From a plasmid, in the sequence record NZ_CP119397.1: a DNA stretch of 64,000 nucleotides; one strand, given 5' to 3'. This document shows, piece by piece, positions 37,790 to 47,769 of this stretch. The position numbers and the translations under genes were made by a program. Position 1 is the stretch's first letter, and every line of letters begins with the position of its first letter. The notes beneath the pieces were generated by a model. That model did no database searches. It was not told the origin of the DNA and saw nothing but the letters and a program-made list of their open reading frames with translations.

Positions 37790-37801
37790 CCGGAGCCGCT
37801 T

Positions 37802-38689
37802 ATGACCATGTCCCCTGATTTCCCTGTGCGTTACCTGTTTGCTGAGGCCGATGGCGTGCGGGTGTTTTACCGCGAAGCCGGTGACCCGGCTAACCCCACG
37901 CTGTTGCTGCTGCACGGCTACCCCAGTTCCTCGCACCAGTTCCGGCAATTGATCCCGCTGCTGGCAGACCGTTTCCATCTGGTTGCCCCCGATCTGCCCG
38001 GCTTCGGTTTTACTGACGTCCCGGCCGCACGCCATTATCATTACCGGTTCGACACCCTGGCACAGACGCTCACGGCGTTTGTGGATGTGCTGGGGCTGAC
38101 GCGCTATGCGCTGTACGTGTTTGATTACGGTGCGCCGGTGGGGTTGCGGCTGGCGCTGAACTACCCGGAGCGGGTGAGCGGGCTTATCTCGCAGAACGGC
38201 AACGCCTACCTGGAAGGGCTGGGTGAGGCGTGGGCGCCGGTGCGCGCCTACTGGGACGATCCTTCGGCGGAAAACCGGCAAACGGTCAGCGACGCGATGC
38301 TGACCCTGGAAGGCACGACATGGCAGTACCTGCATGGCGTGAAAGACCCCGCCAGTGTGGCCCCGGAGGGGTATTACCTGGATACGCTGCTGATGGAACG
38401 CCCCGGCAACAAAGAGATTCAGCTGGATCTGTGCCTGGATTACGCCAACAACCTGACGCGCTACCCCGACTTCCAGGCGTTTTTCCGCCAGGCCCAACTG
38501 CCTACGCTGGTCATCTGGGGCGAGCACGATCCGTTCTTTATCCCGCCGGGCGCGCACGCCTATCAACGGGACAACCCCAATGCGGTGGTGGAACTGCTGG
38601 ACACCGGCCACTTTGCGCTGGAAACCCATGTGTATCATATCGCTGCCCGCATCCGGGACGTGATCGGCAGCGCGATCACAAACTCGTGA
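37802..38689 (+). CDS. alpha/beta hydrolase (epoxide hydrolase-like)
   Basis: LLLLHGYPSSSHQF...DLPGFGFT and nucleophile region FDYGAPVG. Confidence 0.75.
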   Translation: MTMSPDFPVRYLFAEADGVRVFYREAGDPANPTLLLLHGYPSSSHQFRQLIPLLADRFHLVAPDLPGFGFTDVPAARHYHYRFDTLAQTLTAFVDVLGLTRYALYVFDYGAPVGLRLALNYPERVSGLISQNGNAYLEGLGEAWAPVRAYWDDPSAENRQTVSDAMLTLEGTTWQYLHGVKDPASVAPEGYYLDTLLMERPGNKEIQLDLCLDYANNLTRYPDFQAFFRQAQLPTLVIWGEHDPFFIPPGAHAYQRDNPNAVVELLDTGHFALETHVYHIAARIRDVIGSAITNS

Positions 38690-38791
38690 ACAGGAATCCA
38701 CAATACGCCGTAATCCGCTATGGTGTGTGAGGGGCAAAAAAACACGCCGCCTCACACCGGGCCGGGTTGCGGCCATTATTGGGGAGAATGA

Positions 38792-39784
38792 GTGTTGAAA
38801 CAGAGAACCTTCGGCAAAACCGCACGCAGTGTGTCGGAAGTCGGCTTTGGGGCCTGGGCAATAGGCGGCACCTGGGGCGACGTCTCCCATGAGGATGCCA
38901 AACAGGCGCTGAATGCCGCGCTGGATGCCGGGATCACCTTTATCGATACCGCGGATGTCTACGGCGATGGCCGCTCAGAGAAGATCATCGCGGAAGTGCT
39001 GCGGGAGCGGGGAGGGGCGGCACCGTTTATCGCCACCAAACTCGGGCGGCGGCTCGACCCGCATGTGGCCGCAGGCTACAACAACGCACAGCGCCTCAAC
39101 GAGTTTGTGGATCGCTCACGTGAAAACCTGGGTATCGAGACGCTGGATCTGGTGCAACTCCACTGCCCGCCGACAGAGGTCTACTACCAGCCGGAGGTGT
39201 TCGGCATCATGGATGAGATGGTCGCCGCCGGGAAAATCCGCGCTTATGGCGTCTCGGTGGAGAAAATAGAGGAGGGGCTGAAGGCGATTGAGTTCCCGAA
39301 CGTCTCTTCGGTACAGATTATTTATAACCTGTTCCGCCAGCGCCCGGCGGAGTTGTTCTTCCGCGAGGCACAGCGGCGCAACGTCGCCATCATTGCACGG
39401 GTGCCGCTGGCTTCCGGCCTGCTGACCGGCAAAATGCGCGCTGACACCGCCTTCGCCGCGGATGACCACCGCGCCTTTAACCGCAACGGCGACGCTTTCG
39501 ATAAAGGCGAAACCTTCTCCGGCGTGCCGTTTGAGGTGGCGCTGGAGGCGGTGGAGGCTGTCCGCCGCTATGTGCCGGGTGACGCCACAATGGCGGAATT
39601 TGCCCTGCGCTGGATCCTGATGGAGCAGGCGGTGACGGTGGTAATCCCCGGCGCGAAAAACGCCCAACAGGCCGGGACCAATGCCCGCGCCAGTGCGCTC
39701 CCGGCGCTGGATGACGCCACCATGACGGCCCTGCGCGAAATCTACCAGACGCAAATCGCCCCCTGGGTGCATCAGCGCTGGTAA
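38792..39784 (+). CDS. Aldo/keto reductase (Tas/YajO-like)
   Basis: GFGAWAIGG...FIDTADVYGDGRSE AKR signature. The start is GTG at 38792 preceded by GGGGAGA. Confidence 0.85.
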   Translation: MLKQRTFGKTARSVSEVGFGAWAIGGTWGDVSHEDAKQALNAALDAGITFIDTADVYGDGRSEKIIAEVLRERGGAAPFIATKLGRRLDPHVAAGYNNAQRLNEFVDRSRENLGIETLDLVQLHCPPTEVYYQPEVFGIMDEMVAAGKIRAYGVSVEKIEEGLKAIEFPNVSSVQIIYNLFRQRPAELFFREAQRRNVAIIARVPLASGLLTGKMRADTAFAADDHRAFNRNGDAFDKGETFSGVPFEVALEAVEAVRRYVPGDATMAEFALRWILMEQAVTVVIPGAKNAQQAGTNARASALPALDDATMTALREIYQTQIAPWVHQRW

Positions 39785-39863
39785 GCCGCGCCGCTGTCAC
39801 ACGGCGGGCGCACTCCCGGTATGTCCGGGGCGCGCCCGCGTTATGCCTTTCAGGGGCCGGCGA

Positions 39864-41189
39864 TCAGCCCCGGCGTTTCACGTCCTGAACCTGCACGGCG
39901 GGGCGGTGTTTTACCCGGCCGGCGCAGGCTATCGCCAGGAGGGAAATCGCCACTGTGGCAAGCAGATACCACGCCACCGGTTCCCAGTCCCCGTCATATT
40001 TTGCCAGCAGCCCGGTCGCGATAAGGGGCGCGGTGCCGCCTGCCAGCGCCGCACCCAACTGGTAGCCGAGCGTAATGCCGGTATAGCGGACATTGGCACT
40101 GAAGATTTCAGAGCAGAGCGTACCGAGCACCGCCGTCACCGGCGCCCAGAGAATGCCGAAGGCAATCACCGTCGCCAGGACGATCCCCCAGGTGGTGCCG
40201 GTGTCGAGCAGCATAAACCAGGGCACGATAAACAGGCCGAGCACAAACACACTGACCGCATACATCCGCCGGCGGCCCACTTTATCGGACAGCAGCCCCA
40301 TCAGCGGGATCATGAACGTCGCCACCAGCGCCCCCAGGGTGACCGCCTCCAGCGCCTGCGATTTTTGGTAGGTGAGGGTGGTGGTGGCATAACTCACGAC
40401 AAAGGTTGAGAAAATATAGAATGGCGCGGTTTCCACCACTTTCAGCCCGGCGGCAATCAGCACTTCACGCCAGTGGTGTTTGAGGGTATCGCGCAGGGGC
40501 GCTTTGGCGACGTGGCCCGACTGTTTGATTTTCTTAAAGTCCGGGGTTTCATCAATCCCTTTACGGATCCACAGTCCCAGCAGAACCAGCACGGCACTCA
40601 ACAGGAAAGGAATGCGCCAGCCCCAGGAGAGGAACGCCTCTTCGCTGAACAGGGTCATCAGCGAGACGATGAAGGTGGCCATCAGCATCCCGATGGTCAC
40701 GCCCGCCTGCGGGATGCTGCCGAAAAAGCCTTTACGCTTCTCAGGTGCATACTCATAGGCCAGCAACAGCGCGCCGCCCCATTCACCGCCGATGCCGATC
40801 CCCTGGATTATCCGCATCAGGATCAGCAGGGCGGGCGCCCACATGCCGATCATCTCATAAGTGGGCAACAACCCGATCATCACGGTGGCACCGCCCATCA
40901 ATGACAGCGTCAGCACCAGCGTTTTCTTACGGCCAATCCGGTCGCCGATATGGGCGAAGATCACCCCGCCGATAGGGCGGATAAAGAACGTCAGGGAGAA
41001 GGAGAGATAGGAGAGGATAAGCCCGAGAACCGGGTCGACCATCGGGAAGAAAATCTTGTTAAACACCAGCGCTGCGGCGGTGCCGTACAGGAAATAATCG
41101 AACCATTCGATCGAGCTGCCCGTCAGGCTGGCAATTAATACTTTCTTATTTTTTCGTAGAACCGCCGTGCTGCTTTCTTGGTGTGTCAT
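39864..41189 (-). CDS. MFS transporter, metabolite:H+ symporter (MHS) family
   Basis: 441 aa, 12 TM, with the GSSIEWFDYFLYG and HIGDRIGRKK MHS motifs (ProP/KgtP/ShiA-like). Confidence 0.8.
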   Translation of the reverse strand: MTHQESSTAVLRKNKKVLIASLTGSSIEWFDYFLYGTAAALVFNKIFFPMVDPVLGLILSYLSFSLTFFIRPIGGVIFAHIGDRIGRKKTLVLTLSLMGGATVMIGLLPTYEMIGMWAPALLILMRIIQGIGIGGEWGGALLLAYEYAPEKRKGFFGSIPQAGVTIGMLMATFIVSLMTLFSEEAFLSWGWRIPFLLSAVLVLLGLWIRKGIDETPDFKKIKQSGHVAKAPLRDTLKHHWREVLIAAGLKVVETAPFYIFSTFVVSYATTTLTYQKSQALEAVTLGALVATFMIPLMGLLSDKVGRRRMYAVSVFVLGLFIVPWFMLLDTGTTWGIVLATVIAFGILWAPVTAVLGTLCSEIFSANVRYTGITLGYQLGAALAGGTAPLIATGLLAKYDGDWEPVAWYLLATVAISLLAIACAGRVKHRPAVQVQDVKRRG

Positions 41190-41549
41190 GACCTTTTCCC
41201 CGCCGCAATGATAAGTGAGCAGGTGTCACCCGGCATGTTTCAGGTGCAACCTGTAAGATAAAAAAAGGTTGTTAATTTGTGAAGCAACTTAGGGGGTCTG
41301 GTTATTTTTGACAAGCCGACGCGGCCGCAAACTGGTCAGATCACGCTTAAATTACCAGCAACTTTTGCTTTGGAAGGGGGGTTATACGGAGAAAGATTTT
41401 GTATACCGCTTTACCGGCAGAATAATATGCAGGTGCAACCGCATGATTTTTGGATGTTTCTGGTTATTTCAAATTAATGACAAAAAGGATGCTGCCGGCC
41501 ACACTCTTCGTGGAGGGCAGCGGGGCAGGGCGGAAGGCCGGTAAACGCG

Positions 41550-42446
41550 TCATTCAATGAACCGGGCGAGCTCTTCAGAGGTGCCGTTGGGAAAACTTTT
41601 TTTCAGGTAGGCAAGGAAGACTGACACCCGCGCACTCAATAACCGGCGTGAAGGGTAGAGTATCCAGAGCGCTGCTGCCGGCCCCGCGATGTCACCCCAT
41701 TTCACCAGCCGCCCGGATGCCAGGTCGTTAAACACCAGAGACAGCGGCAGGCAGGCAACGCCCGCATTCAGCCTGACGGCATCGCGCACCATGATCATCG
41801 ATGAAAGCGACAGCACCGGCGTCACGGCCAGGGGGGTTGGCCCCTGCGGCGTGATGATCTCCCAGTGGGATGGCGGCCCGACCGGCCCGCGGATCACCAC
41901 CGGCACAGGCTCCCCCTCCGCAGGCCGCGCCTGCCTGGGGCCGGCCACCACCACCTGCCGGTCATGCAGGAAAGTCCGGCCGATCAGGGTGGCATCCTCT
42001 TTGGGGTTGACCCGGATCACCAGGTCGTACCCCTCTTCGATCATATCGATTTCACGGTCTTCGGTGGTCACTTCCAGTTGTACCCCAGGGTAGTCCCGCA
42101 TAAAGCCTGCGGCGAGTTTCCCCATCGCCACCTGCGCAAACAGCAGGGGCGCACTGATCCGCAACCGGCCCCGCGGGGTACTGCCGCCGGAGGCTATCGC
42201 CGAGGCGGCTTCCTCAAGCTCGGTCAGCAACTGCCCCGTCCGCCCGTACAGCGCCCGGCCCTCTTCCGTCAGCCGGAGCGTGCGCCCGCGCTCAAACAGC
42301 CGCACGCCCAGGCTGGCCTCTAATTCTGCGACGCGCCGTGACAGGGTCGCCTTGGGGCGCCCGGTGGCACGGGCCGCTTTGCCAAACCCGCCATGCCGGG
42401 CGACGAGGTTGAAATCATTCAGTGCCGGAAGGTCCATCTGTTCCAC
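41550..42446 (-). CDS. LysR family transcriptional regulator
   Basis: wHTH HGGFGKAARATGRPKATLSRRVAELE. Divergent from the NmrA-like gene. Confidence 0.8.
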   Translation of the reverse strand: MEQMDLPALNDFNLVARHGGFGKAARATGRPKATLSRRVAELEASLGVRLFERGRTLRLTEEGRALYGRTGQLLTELEEAASAIASGGSTPRGRLRISAPLLFAQVAMGKLAAGFMRDYPGVQLEVTTEDREIDMIEEGYDLVIRVNPKEDATLIGRTFLHDRQVVVAGPRQARPAEGEPVPVVIRGPVGPPSHWEIITPQGPTPLAVTPVLSLSSMIMVRDAVRLNAGVACLPLSLVFNDLASGRLVKWGDIAGPAAALWILYPSRRLLSARVSVFLAYLKKSFPNGTSEELARFIE

Positions 42447-42543
42447 CTGTGAGACGTGATGTCTAACTATAGCGGCTATTCGCCTGTTTTTGGATCAGGG
42501 ATACTCAGGGCGTCGATAGAGACAAACCTTCTGGAGAAATGCC

Positions 42544-43413
42544 ATGACTATCCTCGTAACAGGTGCAACAGGCCGCGTCGGCCGCCATGTGGTTGAACAG
42601 CTGATCAAACGCGGCGCGGCTGTCCGGGTACTGACCCGCGACCCCGCGAAAGCCCGCTTCCCGGCAGGGGTGGACGTCGTGCAGGGTGACCTGCTGGACA
42701 TCACCGCGCTGCGTACCGCCTTCACGGGCGTCAGCGCGCTGTTTCTGCTTAATGCGGTCACGGGGGACGAATTCACCCAGGCGATCATCACCCTGAACAT
42801 CGCGCATGAATGCGGCGTCCGGCGGGTCGTTTACCTCTCGGTGCTGCATGCCGATCGTTTCGTGAATGTGCCCCACTTTGCGGTAAAAGCCGGTGCGGAG
42901 CGGATGCTTGCGCAAATGGGGTTCAGCGCCACCGTGCTGCGCCCGGCCTACTACATGGATAACGAGCAGATGATCAAGGACGTCATCCTCCGGCACGGTG
43001 TCTACCCGATGCCCATCGGCATGAAAGGCGTGGCGATGGTGGATGTCCGCGACATCGCGGAGGTGGCGGCGATTGCGCTGACCCGGCGTGCAGAGGCGCA
43101 GGGCGAACTTCCCTCTGAGGTCATTAACCTGGTGGGGCCGGATACCCTGACGGGGCCGGGCGTGGCCGCGATCTGGGCTGCGTTGCTGGGCCGCCCGGTG
43201 GCCTATGGCGGCGATGACCCCAGCGGGTTTGAACAGAATCTGGCGACGTTTATGCCGCCGTGGATGGCCTATGAGATGCGCCTGATGGCCGGACGCTACG
43301 TCAGTGACGGGATGGTCCCGGAGGCGGGCGACGTCACGCGCCTGACCAGCCTGCTGGGCCGCCCGCTGCACAGCTACCGCGAGTATGCCGCCGGCATGGT
43401 GTCGGCGGGGTGA
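42544..43413 (+). CDS. NmrA-like / atypical SDR NAD(P)H-binding protein
   Basis: ILVTGATGRVGRHVVEQL Rossmann start and ~290 aa NmrA architecture. Confidence 0.75.
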   Translation: MTILVTGATGRVGRHVVEQLIKRGAAVRVLTRDPAKARFPAGVDVVQGDLLDITALRTAFTGVSALFLLNAVTGDEFTQAIITLNIAHECGVRRVVYLSVLHADRFVNVPHFAVKAGAERMLAQMGFSATVLRPAYYMDNEQMIKDVILRHGVYPMPIGMKGVAMVDVRDIAEVAAIALTRRAEAQGELPSEVINLVGPDTLTGPGVAAIWAALLGRPVAYGGDDPSGFEQNLATFMPPWMAYEMRLMAGRYVSDGMVPEAGDVTRLTSLLGRPLHSYREYAAGMVSAG

Positions 43414-43514
43414 GCTGTCAGGGATGCGGCCCGTCAGCGCCATACCGCCGGGCCGCGGGCCGGCGACGTGCCGGTCACGTCTGCCGCGGTGGGGATCACG
43501 CGCGTGGCGCGGCG

Positions 43515-43934
43515 TTACCTTTTTTCCGCCAGCAGGGTCTGCAGCAGCGTGACCAACTCCTGTTGCTGTGATGTGTTAAGCCGGGTAAGAAAGGCCGCAT
43601 CCACCGCGTCCGCCACCGGGCGCGCCTGCTCAAGCACGGCAGCCCCTTTTGGCGTCAGGGTAATCAGGCGGCGACGCCGGTCAGTCTCCCCCGGCGCGCG
43701 GTTGACCAGCCCTTTTTTCTCCATCCTGACCAGCAGCTCGGCCAGCGTGGCTTTGGTCATCAGCGCATCCCCCATTAATTCCATCTGCTCAATCGCCGGT
43801 TTTTCCGCCACCGCACACAGCACCGAATATTGCTGCTTGGTCAGCTCAGGCAGGGATTTTTGCCATAGCGCGGTATGCTCCTGAAAAAGCTGCCGCATCA
43901 GGTGAAAGGGGATATTGCCAAGGTGATTTTTCAT
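43515..43934 (-). CDS. MarR family transcriptional regulator
   Basis: 139 aa wHTH (LTKQQYSVLCAVAEKPAIEQMELMGDALMTKATLAELLVRMEKKGLV...DRRRRLITLT). Confidence 0.8.
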   Translation of the reverse strand: MKNHLGNIPFHLMRQLFQEHTALWQKSLPELTKQQYSVLCAVAEKPAIEQMELMGDALMTKATLAELLVRMEKKGLVNRAPGETDRRRRLITLTPKGAAVLEQARPVADAVDAAFLTRLNTSQQQELVTLLQTLLAEKR

Positions 43935-44024
43935 GTAGGGATACCGGTGCCGGCCTGTAAAAGCGCAAGAATACCCTATTCCGCCAGCCCACCGGAACTA
44001 CCACGCCCGATACCCGTGCAAACA

Positions 44025-44150
44025 TTCGTGCACGAACTTTTTTAGCGGCCTGATATTGTCAGCGGCGCAATTCGGCGTTAGGTTATTTATATAGTTCGCA
44101 CACGAACATATTGGTTCCACGGTTCCACGGTTCCGCACGCGTTGCGCGTG
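44025..44150. promoter_or_regulatory. MarR/UbiD divergent control region: palindromes TTCGTGCACGAA (44025-44036) and GTTCGCACACGAAC (44094-44107), tandem GGTTCCACG x3 (44113-44139), palindrome GCACGCGTTGCGCGTGC (44134-44150)
   Basis: All seen directly. The two GTTCG...CGAAC sites share half-sites typical of MarR-type operators. Confidence 0.45.
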
Positions 44151-44188
44151 CCCCTTTCATCGCCATGCGCCAGACAGGAGGTATCACC

Positions 44189-45616
44189 ATGGCATTTGAT
44201 GATTTACGCAGTTTTCTCAAGGCACTGGACGAGCAAGGGCAGTTGTTGCATATCGATGAAGAAGTCAACGCCGAGCCGGACATCGCCGCCGCCGCCAACG
44301 CCACCGGCCGCATTGGTGAAGGGGCTCCGGCCCTCTCGTTTACCCGCATCAAAGGGTTTCACCATGCCCATGTAGTGATGAACACGCTCGGCTCGTGGCA
44401 AAACCATGCGATTGCGCTTGGTCTGCCGCCCAATACGCCGGTGAAACAGCAGGTGGATGAGTTCATTCGCCGCTGGGATCATTTCCCCGTTGCGCCTGAG
44501 CGCCGCGACAACCCCGGCTGGGCAGAAAACAGCGTAGACGGCGAGGAGATTAACCTGTTCGACATCCTGCCGCTGTTCCGGCTTAACGACGGCGACGGCG
44601 GGTTTTATCTGGATAAGGCCTGTGTGGTGTCCCGCGACCCGCTGGACCCTGACCATTTCGGCAAGCAGAACGTCGGCATTTACCGCATGGAGGTCAAAGG
44701 CAAACGCAAACTTGGCCTGCAACCGGTACCGATGCATGACATCGCGCTGCACCTGCATAAAGCGGAAGAGCGGGGCGAGGATTTGCCAATCGCCATTACG
44801 CTCGGCAACGACCCAATCATTACCCTGATGGGTGCCACGCCGCTGAAATATGATCAGTCAGAATATGAGATGGCCGGTGCGTTGCGTGAAAGTGCCTATC
44901 CGATCGCCACGGCACCGCTGACCGGCTTCGACGTGCCCTGGGGGTCAGAGGTGATTCTGGAAGGGGTGATCGAAGGGCGCAAGCGTGAAATTGAAGGCCC
45001 CTTTGGTGAATTTACCGGCCATTATTCCGGCGGCCGCAATATGACGGTGGTGCGCATCGATAAGGTTTCCTACCGCACCAAACCGATTTTTGAGTCGCTC
45101 TACCTCGGTATGCCCTGGACGGAGATCGACTACCTGATTGGCCCGGCCACGTGTGTGCCGCTCTACCAGCAGCTGAAAGCGGAATTCCCTGAAGTGCAGG
45201 CGGTGAATGCGATGTACACGCATGGCCTGCTGGCGATTATCTCCACCAAAAAACGTTATGGCGGCTTCGCGCGCGCCGTGGGGTTACGCGCGATGACCAC
45301 CCCGCATGGGCTGGGCTACGTGAAAATGGTGATCATGGTGGATGAGGATGTCGACCCGTTCGACCTGCCGCAGGTGATGTGGGCGCTCTCTTCCAAAGTG
45401 AACCCCGCCGGCGATCTGGTGCAGTTGCCCAATATGTCGGTACTGGAACTTGACCCCGGCTCCAGCCCGGCAGGGATTACCGACAAACTGATTATTGATG
45501 CCACTACGCCTGTTTCACCGGATAACCGCGGCCACTACAGCCAGCCGGTCAAAGATCTTCCCGAAACCGCGCAGTGGGCAGAGAAACTCACCGCCATGCT
45601 GGCTAACCGCAAATAA
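44189..45616 (+). CDS. UbiD-family prFMN-dependent non-oxidative (hydroxy)arylic acid decarboxylase, C subunit (BsdC/VdcC/EcdC-like)
   Basis: 476 aa UbiD fold. Start at ATG 44189 behind AGGAGG. Followed by a small D subunit. Confidence 0.8.
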   Translation: MAFDDLRSFLKALDEQGQLLHIDEEVNAEPDIAAAANATGRIGEGAPALSFTRIKGFHHAHVVMNTLGSWQNHAIALGLPPNTPVKQQVDEFIRRWDHFPVAPERRDNPGWAENSVDGEEINLFDILPLFRLNDGDGGFYLDKACVVSRDPLDPDHFGKQNVGIYRMEVKGKRKLGLQPVPMHDIALHLHKAEERGEDLPIAITLGNDPIITLMGATPLKYDQSEYEMAGALRESAYPIATAPLTGFDVPWGSEVILEGVIEGRKREIEGPFGEFTGHYSGGRNMTVVRIDKVSYRTKPIFESLYLGMPWTEIDYLIGPATCVPLYQQLKAEFPEVQAVNAMYTHGLLAIISTKKRYGGFARAVGLRAMTTPHGLGYVKMVIMVDEDVDPFDLPQVMWALSSKVNPAGDLVQLPNMSVLELDPGSSPAGITDKLIIDATTPVSPDNRGHYSQPVKDLPETAQWAEKLTAMLANRK

Positions 45617-45626
45617 GGAGACGCAG

Positions 45627-45860
45627 ATGATTTGCCCCCGCTGTGCCGATGCGCACATTGACACCCTGGCCACCTCGCCGGTTAACCATGTCTGGACGGT
45701 GTACCAATGCCAACGCTGCCTCTATACCTGGCGCGACACCGAACCGGCCCGCCGCACAGAGCGCGAACACTATCCCGAGGCCTTCCGCATGACCCAGCAA
45801 GACATCGATGACGCGCCGGAAGTGCCTGCCATCCCGCCGCTGCTGGCCCCCCGCGGGTAA
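45627..45860 (+). CDS. Phenolic acid decarboxylase small subunit D (BsdD/VdcD-like, zinc-ribbon CPRC...CQRC)
   Basis: 77 aa, four Cys in two CxxC pairs. AAGGAG RBS. 10 nt after the C subunit stop. Confidence 0.65.
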   Translation: MICPRCADAHIDTLATSPVNHVWTVYQCQRCLYTWRDTEPARRTEREHYPEAFRMTQQDIDDAPEVPAIPPLLAPRG

Positions 45861-45896
45861 TGCCGGGGGGAACGGGGAGGCTGCCCCAGCCTGGGC

Positions 45897-46844
45897 TTAG
45901 CTGCCTGGGCTGACGCCAACAGCCTGCCCACTCTGTACCGGCCGGAAAAACCGGGCCAGCGCTTCCGCCAGGGCCTCAGGTTGCTCATCCGGGATGAAAT
46001 GGCCGCTGTGACTGATCGTGATGCCGGTAACGTCATCCGCAAACCGGCGCAGCGGCACGGCCATATCAGGAATGGAGCCCTGATCGGCGCTGACGGCAAG
46101 CAGCGGCAACGTCAGTTTGCCCTGTTCGCACAGTGCCCGGTTTTGCGCCGCGGAGACGCTCACCTCCCGGTAGGGGGCCAGCCCGGCCCGCAGTGCGCCG
46201 TTCTGTTTTAACAACCGCACATACTCTGCCATATCGGCATCACTGAAGGCCATGGGGCTTGCGGTTTTGCGCCGCAGGAACCAGTCCAGATAAAGCTCTT
46301 CCCGCCCCGTGATTAATGCTTCGGGCAGATCCGGCAATAAATGGAACGCGAAATGCCAGGTTTTCCAGGCGTTGTCCGGGGTGGCCGGCAACGCGTCGGG
46401 CAGGGTAATGCCTGGGATGCCTGCATCAAGCAGCGCCAGTTTGATGACCTGCGGGCTATAACGCAGGGCATACGGCCAGGCCACCCAGGCACCCACATCA
46501 TGGGCTGCGAGATAGTAGCGCCCGATCTCCAGTTGTTGCATCAGCCCCTGCACTTTCGCGGCCAGGGCAAGGGTGTCGTAACCGGATTGCGGCTTGTCAG
46601 AGTCGCCCTGGCCGGGCAGGTCTGGCGCAATGATGTGGTAACGATCGGCCAGCCGGGCCATCACTTTATGCCAGGCGTACCCACTTTGCGGGAAGCCTGC
46701 CAGCAGCAGCAAGGTTTCACCCTGCGGGTTGCCGCCTCTGACGTAGTGCAGGCGGACACCCTCTACCGTCGCGTAATAATGGGCAAAACCAGGCAGGCCG
46801 GCCACCGGTTGTGACCAGGGTTGTGTAATGACTGGGTCAGACAT
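45897..46844 (-). CDS. alpha/beta hydrolase (epoxide hydrolase-like)
   Basis: LLLLAGFPQSGYAWHKV...DLPGQGDS...AAHDVGAW motifs. Start at MSDPV (GGAGG RBS). Confidence 0.7.
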   Translation of the reverse strand: MSDPVITQPWSQPVAGLPGFAHYYATVEGVRLHYVRGGNPQGETLLLLAGFPQSGYAWHKVMARLADRYHIIAPDLPGQGDSDKPQSGYDTLALAAKVQGLMQQLEIGRYYLAAHDVGAWVAWPYALRYSPQVIKLALLDAGIPGITLPDALPATPDNAWKTWHFAFHLLPDLPEALITGREELYLDWFLRRKTASPMAFSDADMAEYVRLLKQNGALRAGLAPYREVSVSAAQNRALCEQGKLTLPLLAVSADQGSIPDMAVPLRRFADDVTGITISHSGHFIPDEQPEALAEALARFFRPVQSGQAVGVSPGS

Positions 46845-46857
46845 GTAAACCTCCAAT

Positions 46858-46883
46858 AATTAGGAAATGGTCATTTCCTTATT
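46858..46883. promoter_or_regulatory. Candidate TetR operator 1: AGGAAATGGTCATTTCCT palindrome upstream of the hydrolase gene
   Basis: 8-bp perfect arms. The half-site TTAGGAAA is shared with the operator at 47514. Confidence 0.45.
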
Positions 46884-46894
46884 GAGCAAAAATT

Positions 46895-47512
46895 TTACCC
46901 GAGCAGGGTGAGGGCAGTGGCGATCAGCTGTTCGTGTGCCGGCAATTCCCCGGTTTTCCCTGCCACACGCATACCCAGTACCAGGCACAACAACACGCCG
47001 CTCAGTGCGTTCGCATCATGGCGCGGATTCACCGATCCATCCTGCCGGCCCTGTTCAATCAGGTGCTGGAGAGAGTGCAGGTTACGTGTCAGGGCAGCCT
47101 GCACCAGCGCTGAAAGTTCGGCATCCAGGTGCTGTAATTCGACGGCACTGCCGACCACCAGGCAGCCGCGCCGCCCTTCGATACCGCTGGCAGACTCCAG
47201 GTAGAAGCGCAGCAGTTCGGCAATTTTTGCCCGGCCATCAGGCTGATGTGCCAGCCGCTCGCTGAGCGCCTTATTGCGCAGCGAGGTATAACGCGCAAAG
47301 ACCTGCAGGAACAGGCCGCGTTTGTCGTGGAACGCTTTGTAGATACTGCCCACCGTGAGCTGCATGGCCGCACTCAGATCGCTGACCGACGCACCGTGAT
47401 AACCCTTTTCGCGGAACACCAGCATGGCAAGGTCCAGCGCGGTCTCGCGATCAAATTCTCGTGGGCGGCCACGTTCACGTGTTCCAGAATGTTTTTCCGG
47501 CATGATGTTCAT
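46895..47512 (-). CDS. TetR family transcriptional regulator
   Basis: HTH LAMLVFREKGYHGASVSDLSAAMQLTVGSIYKAFHDKRGL. Confidence 0.8.
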   Translation of the reverse strand: MNIMPEKHSGTRERGRPREFDRETALDLAMLVFREKGYHGASVSDLSAAMQLTVGSIYKAFHDKRGLFLQVFARYTSLRNKALSERLAHQPDGRAKIAELLRFYLESASGIEGRRGCLVVGSAVELQHLDAELSALVQAALTRNLHSLQHLIEQGRQDGSVNPRHDANALSGVLLCLVLGMRVAGKTGELPAHEQLIATALTLLG

Positions 47513-47513
47513 T

Positions 47514-47539
47514 ATTTAGGAAACGATCGATTCCTAAAT
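47514..47539. promoter_or_regulatory. Candidate TetR operator 2: ATTTAGGAA-ACGATCGA-TTCCTAAAT directly abutting the tetR start codon
   Basis: 9-bp perfect arms around a CGATCG core. Confidence 0.45.
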
Positions 47540-47769
47540 ACTTACACAGAGTGGCCAAAATGAAAAGGGGGCGTTTCAGGCTGAAGGCAGAAGAAAGGTT
47601 GAAAACGACACCGCAAAACCGCCGGTGAGCCGACCGCAATTCTTTCCAATACCACGGGGGGGCGAGATGGTTTATTGAAAGCCTGGTTACCCACAAAGGA
47701 AGGACACCGCATGTTTACTCCGCTTTTTTGGCCTGTCACCGGCTTATCTCATCTTAACGGTGTCATCCT

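Noticed and set aside
37688-38890. 400-aa minus-strand ORF
   Set aside because: It spans and opposes the alpha/beta hydrolase gene and the promoter region. It has no recognisable domain and Arg-rich shadow composition.
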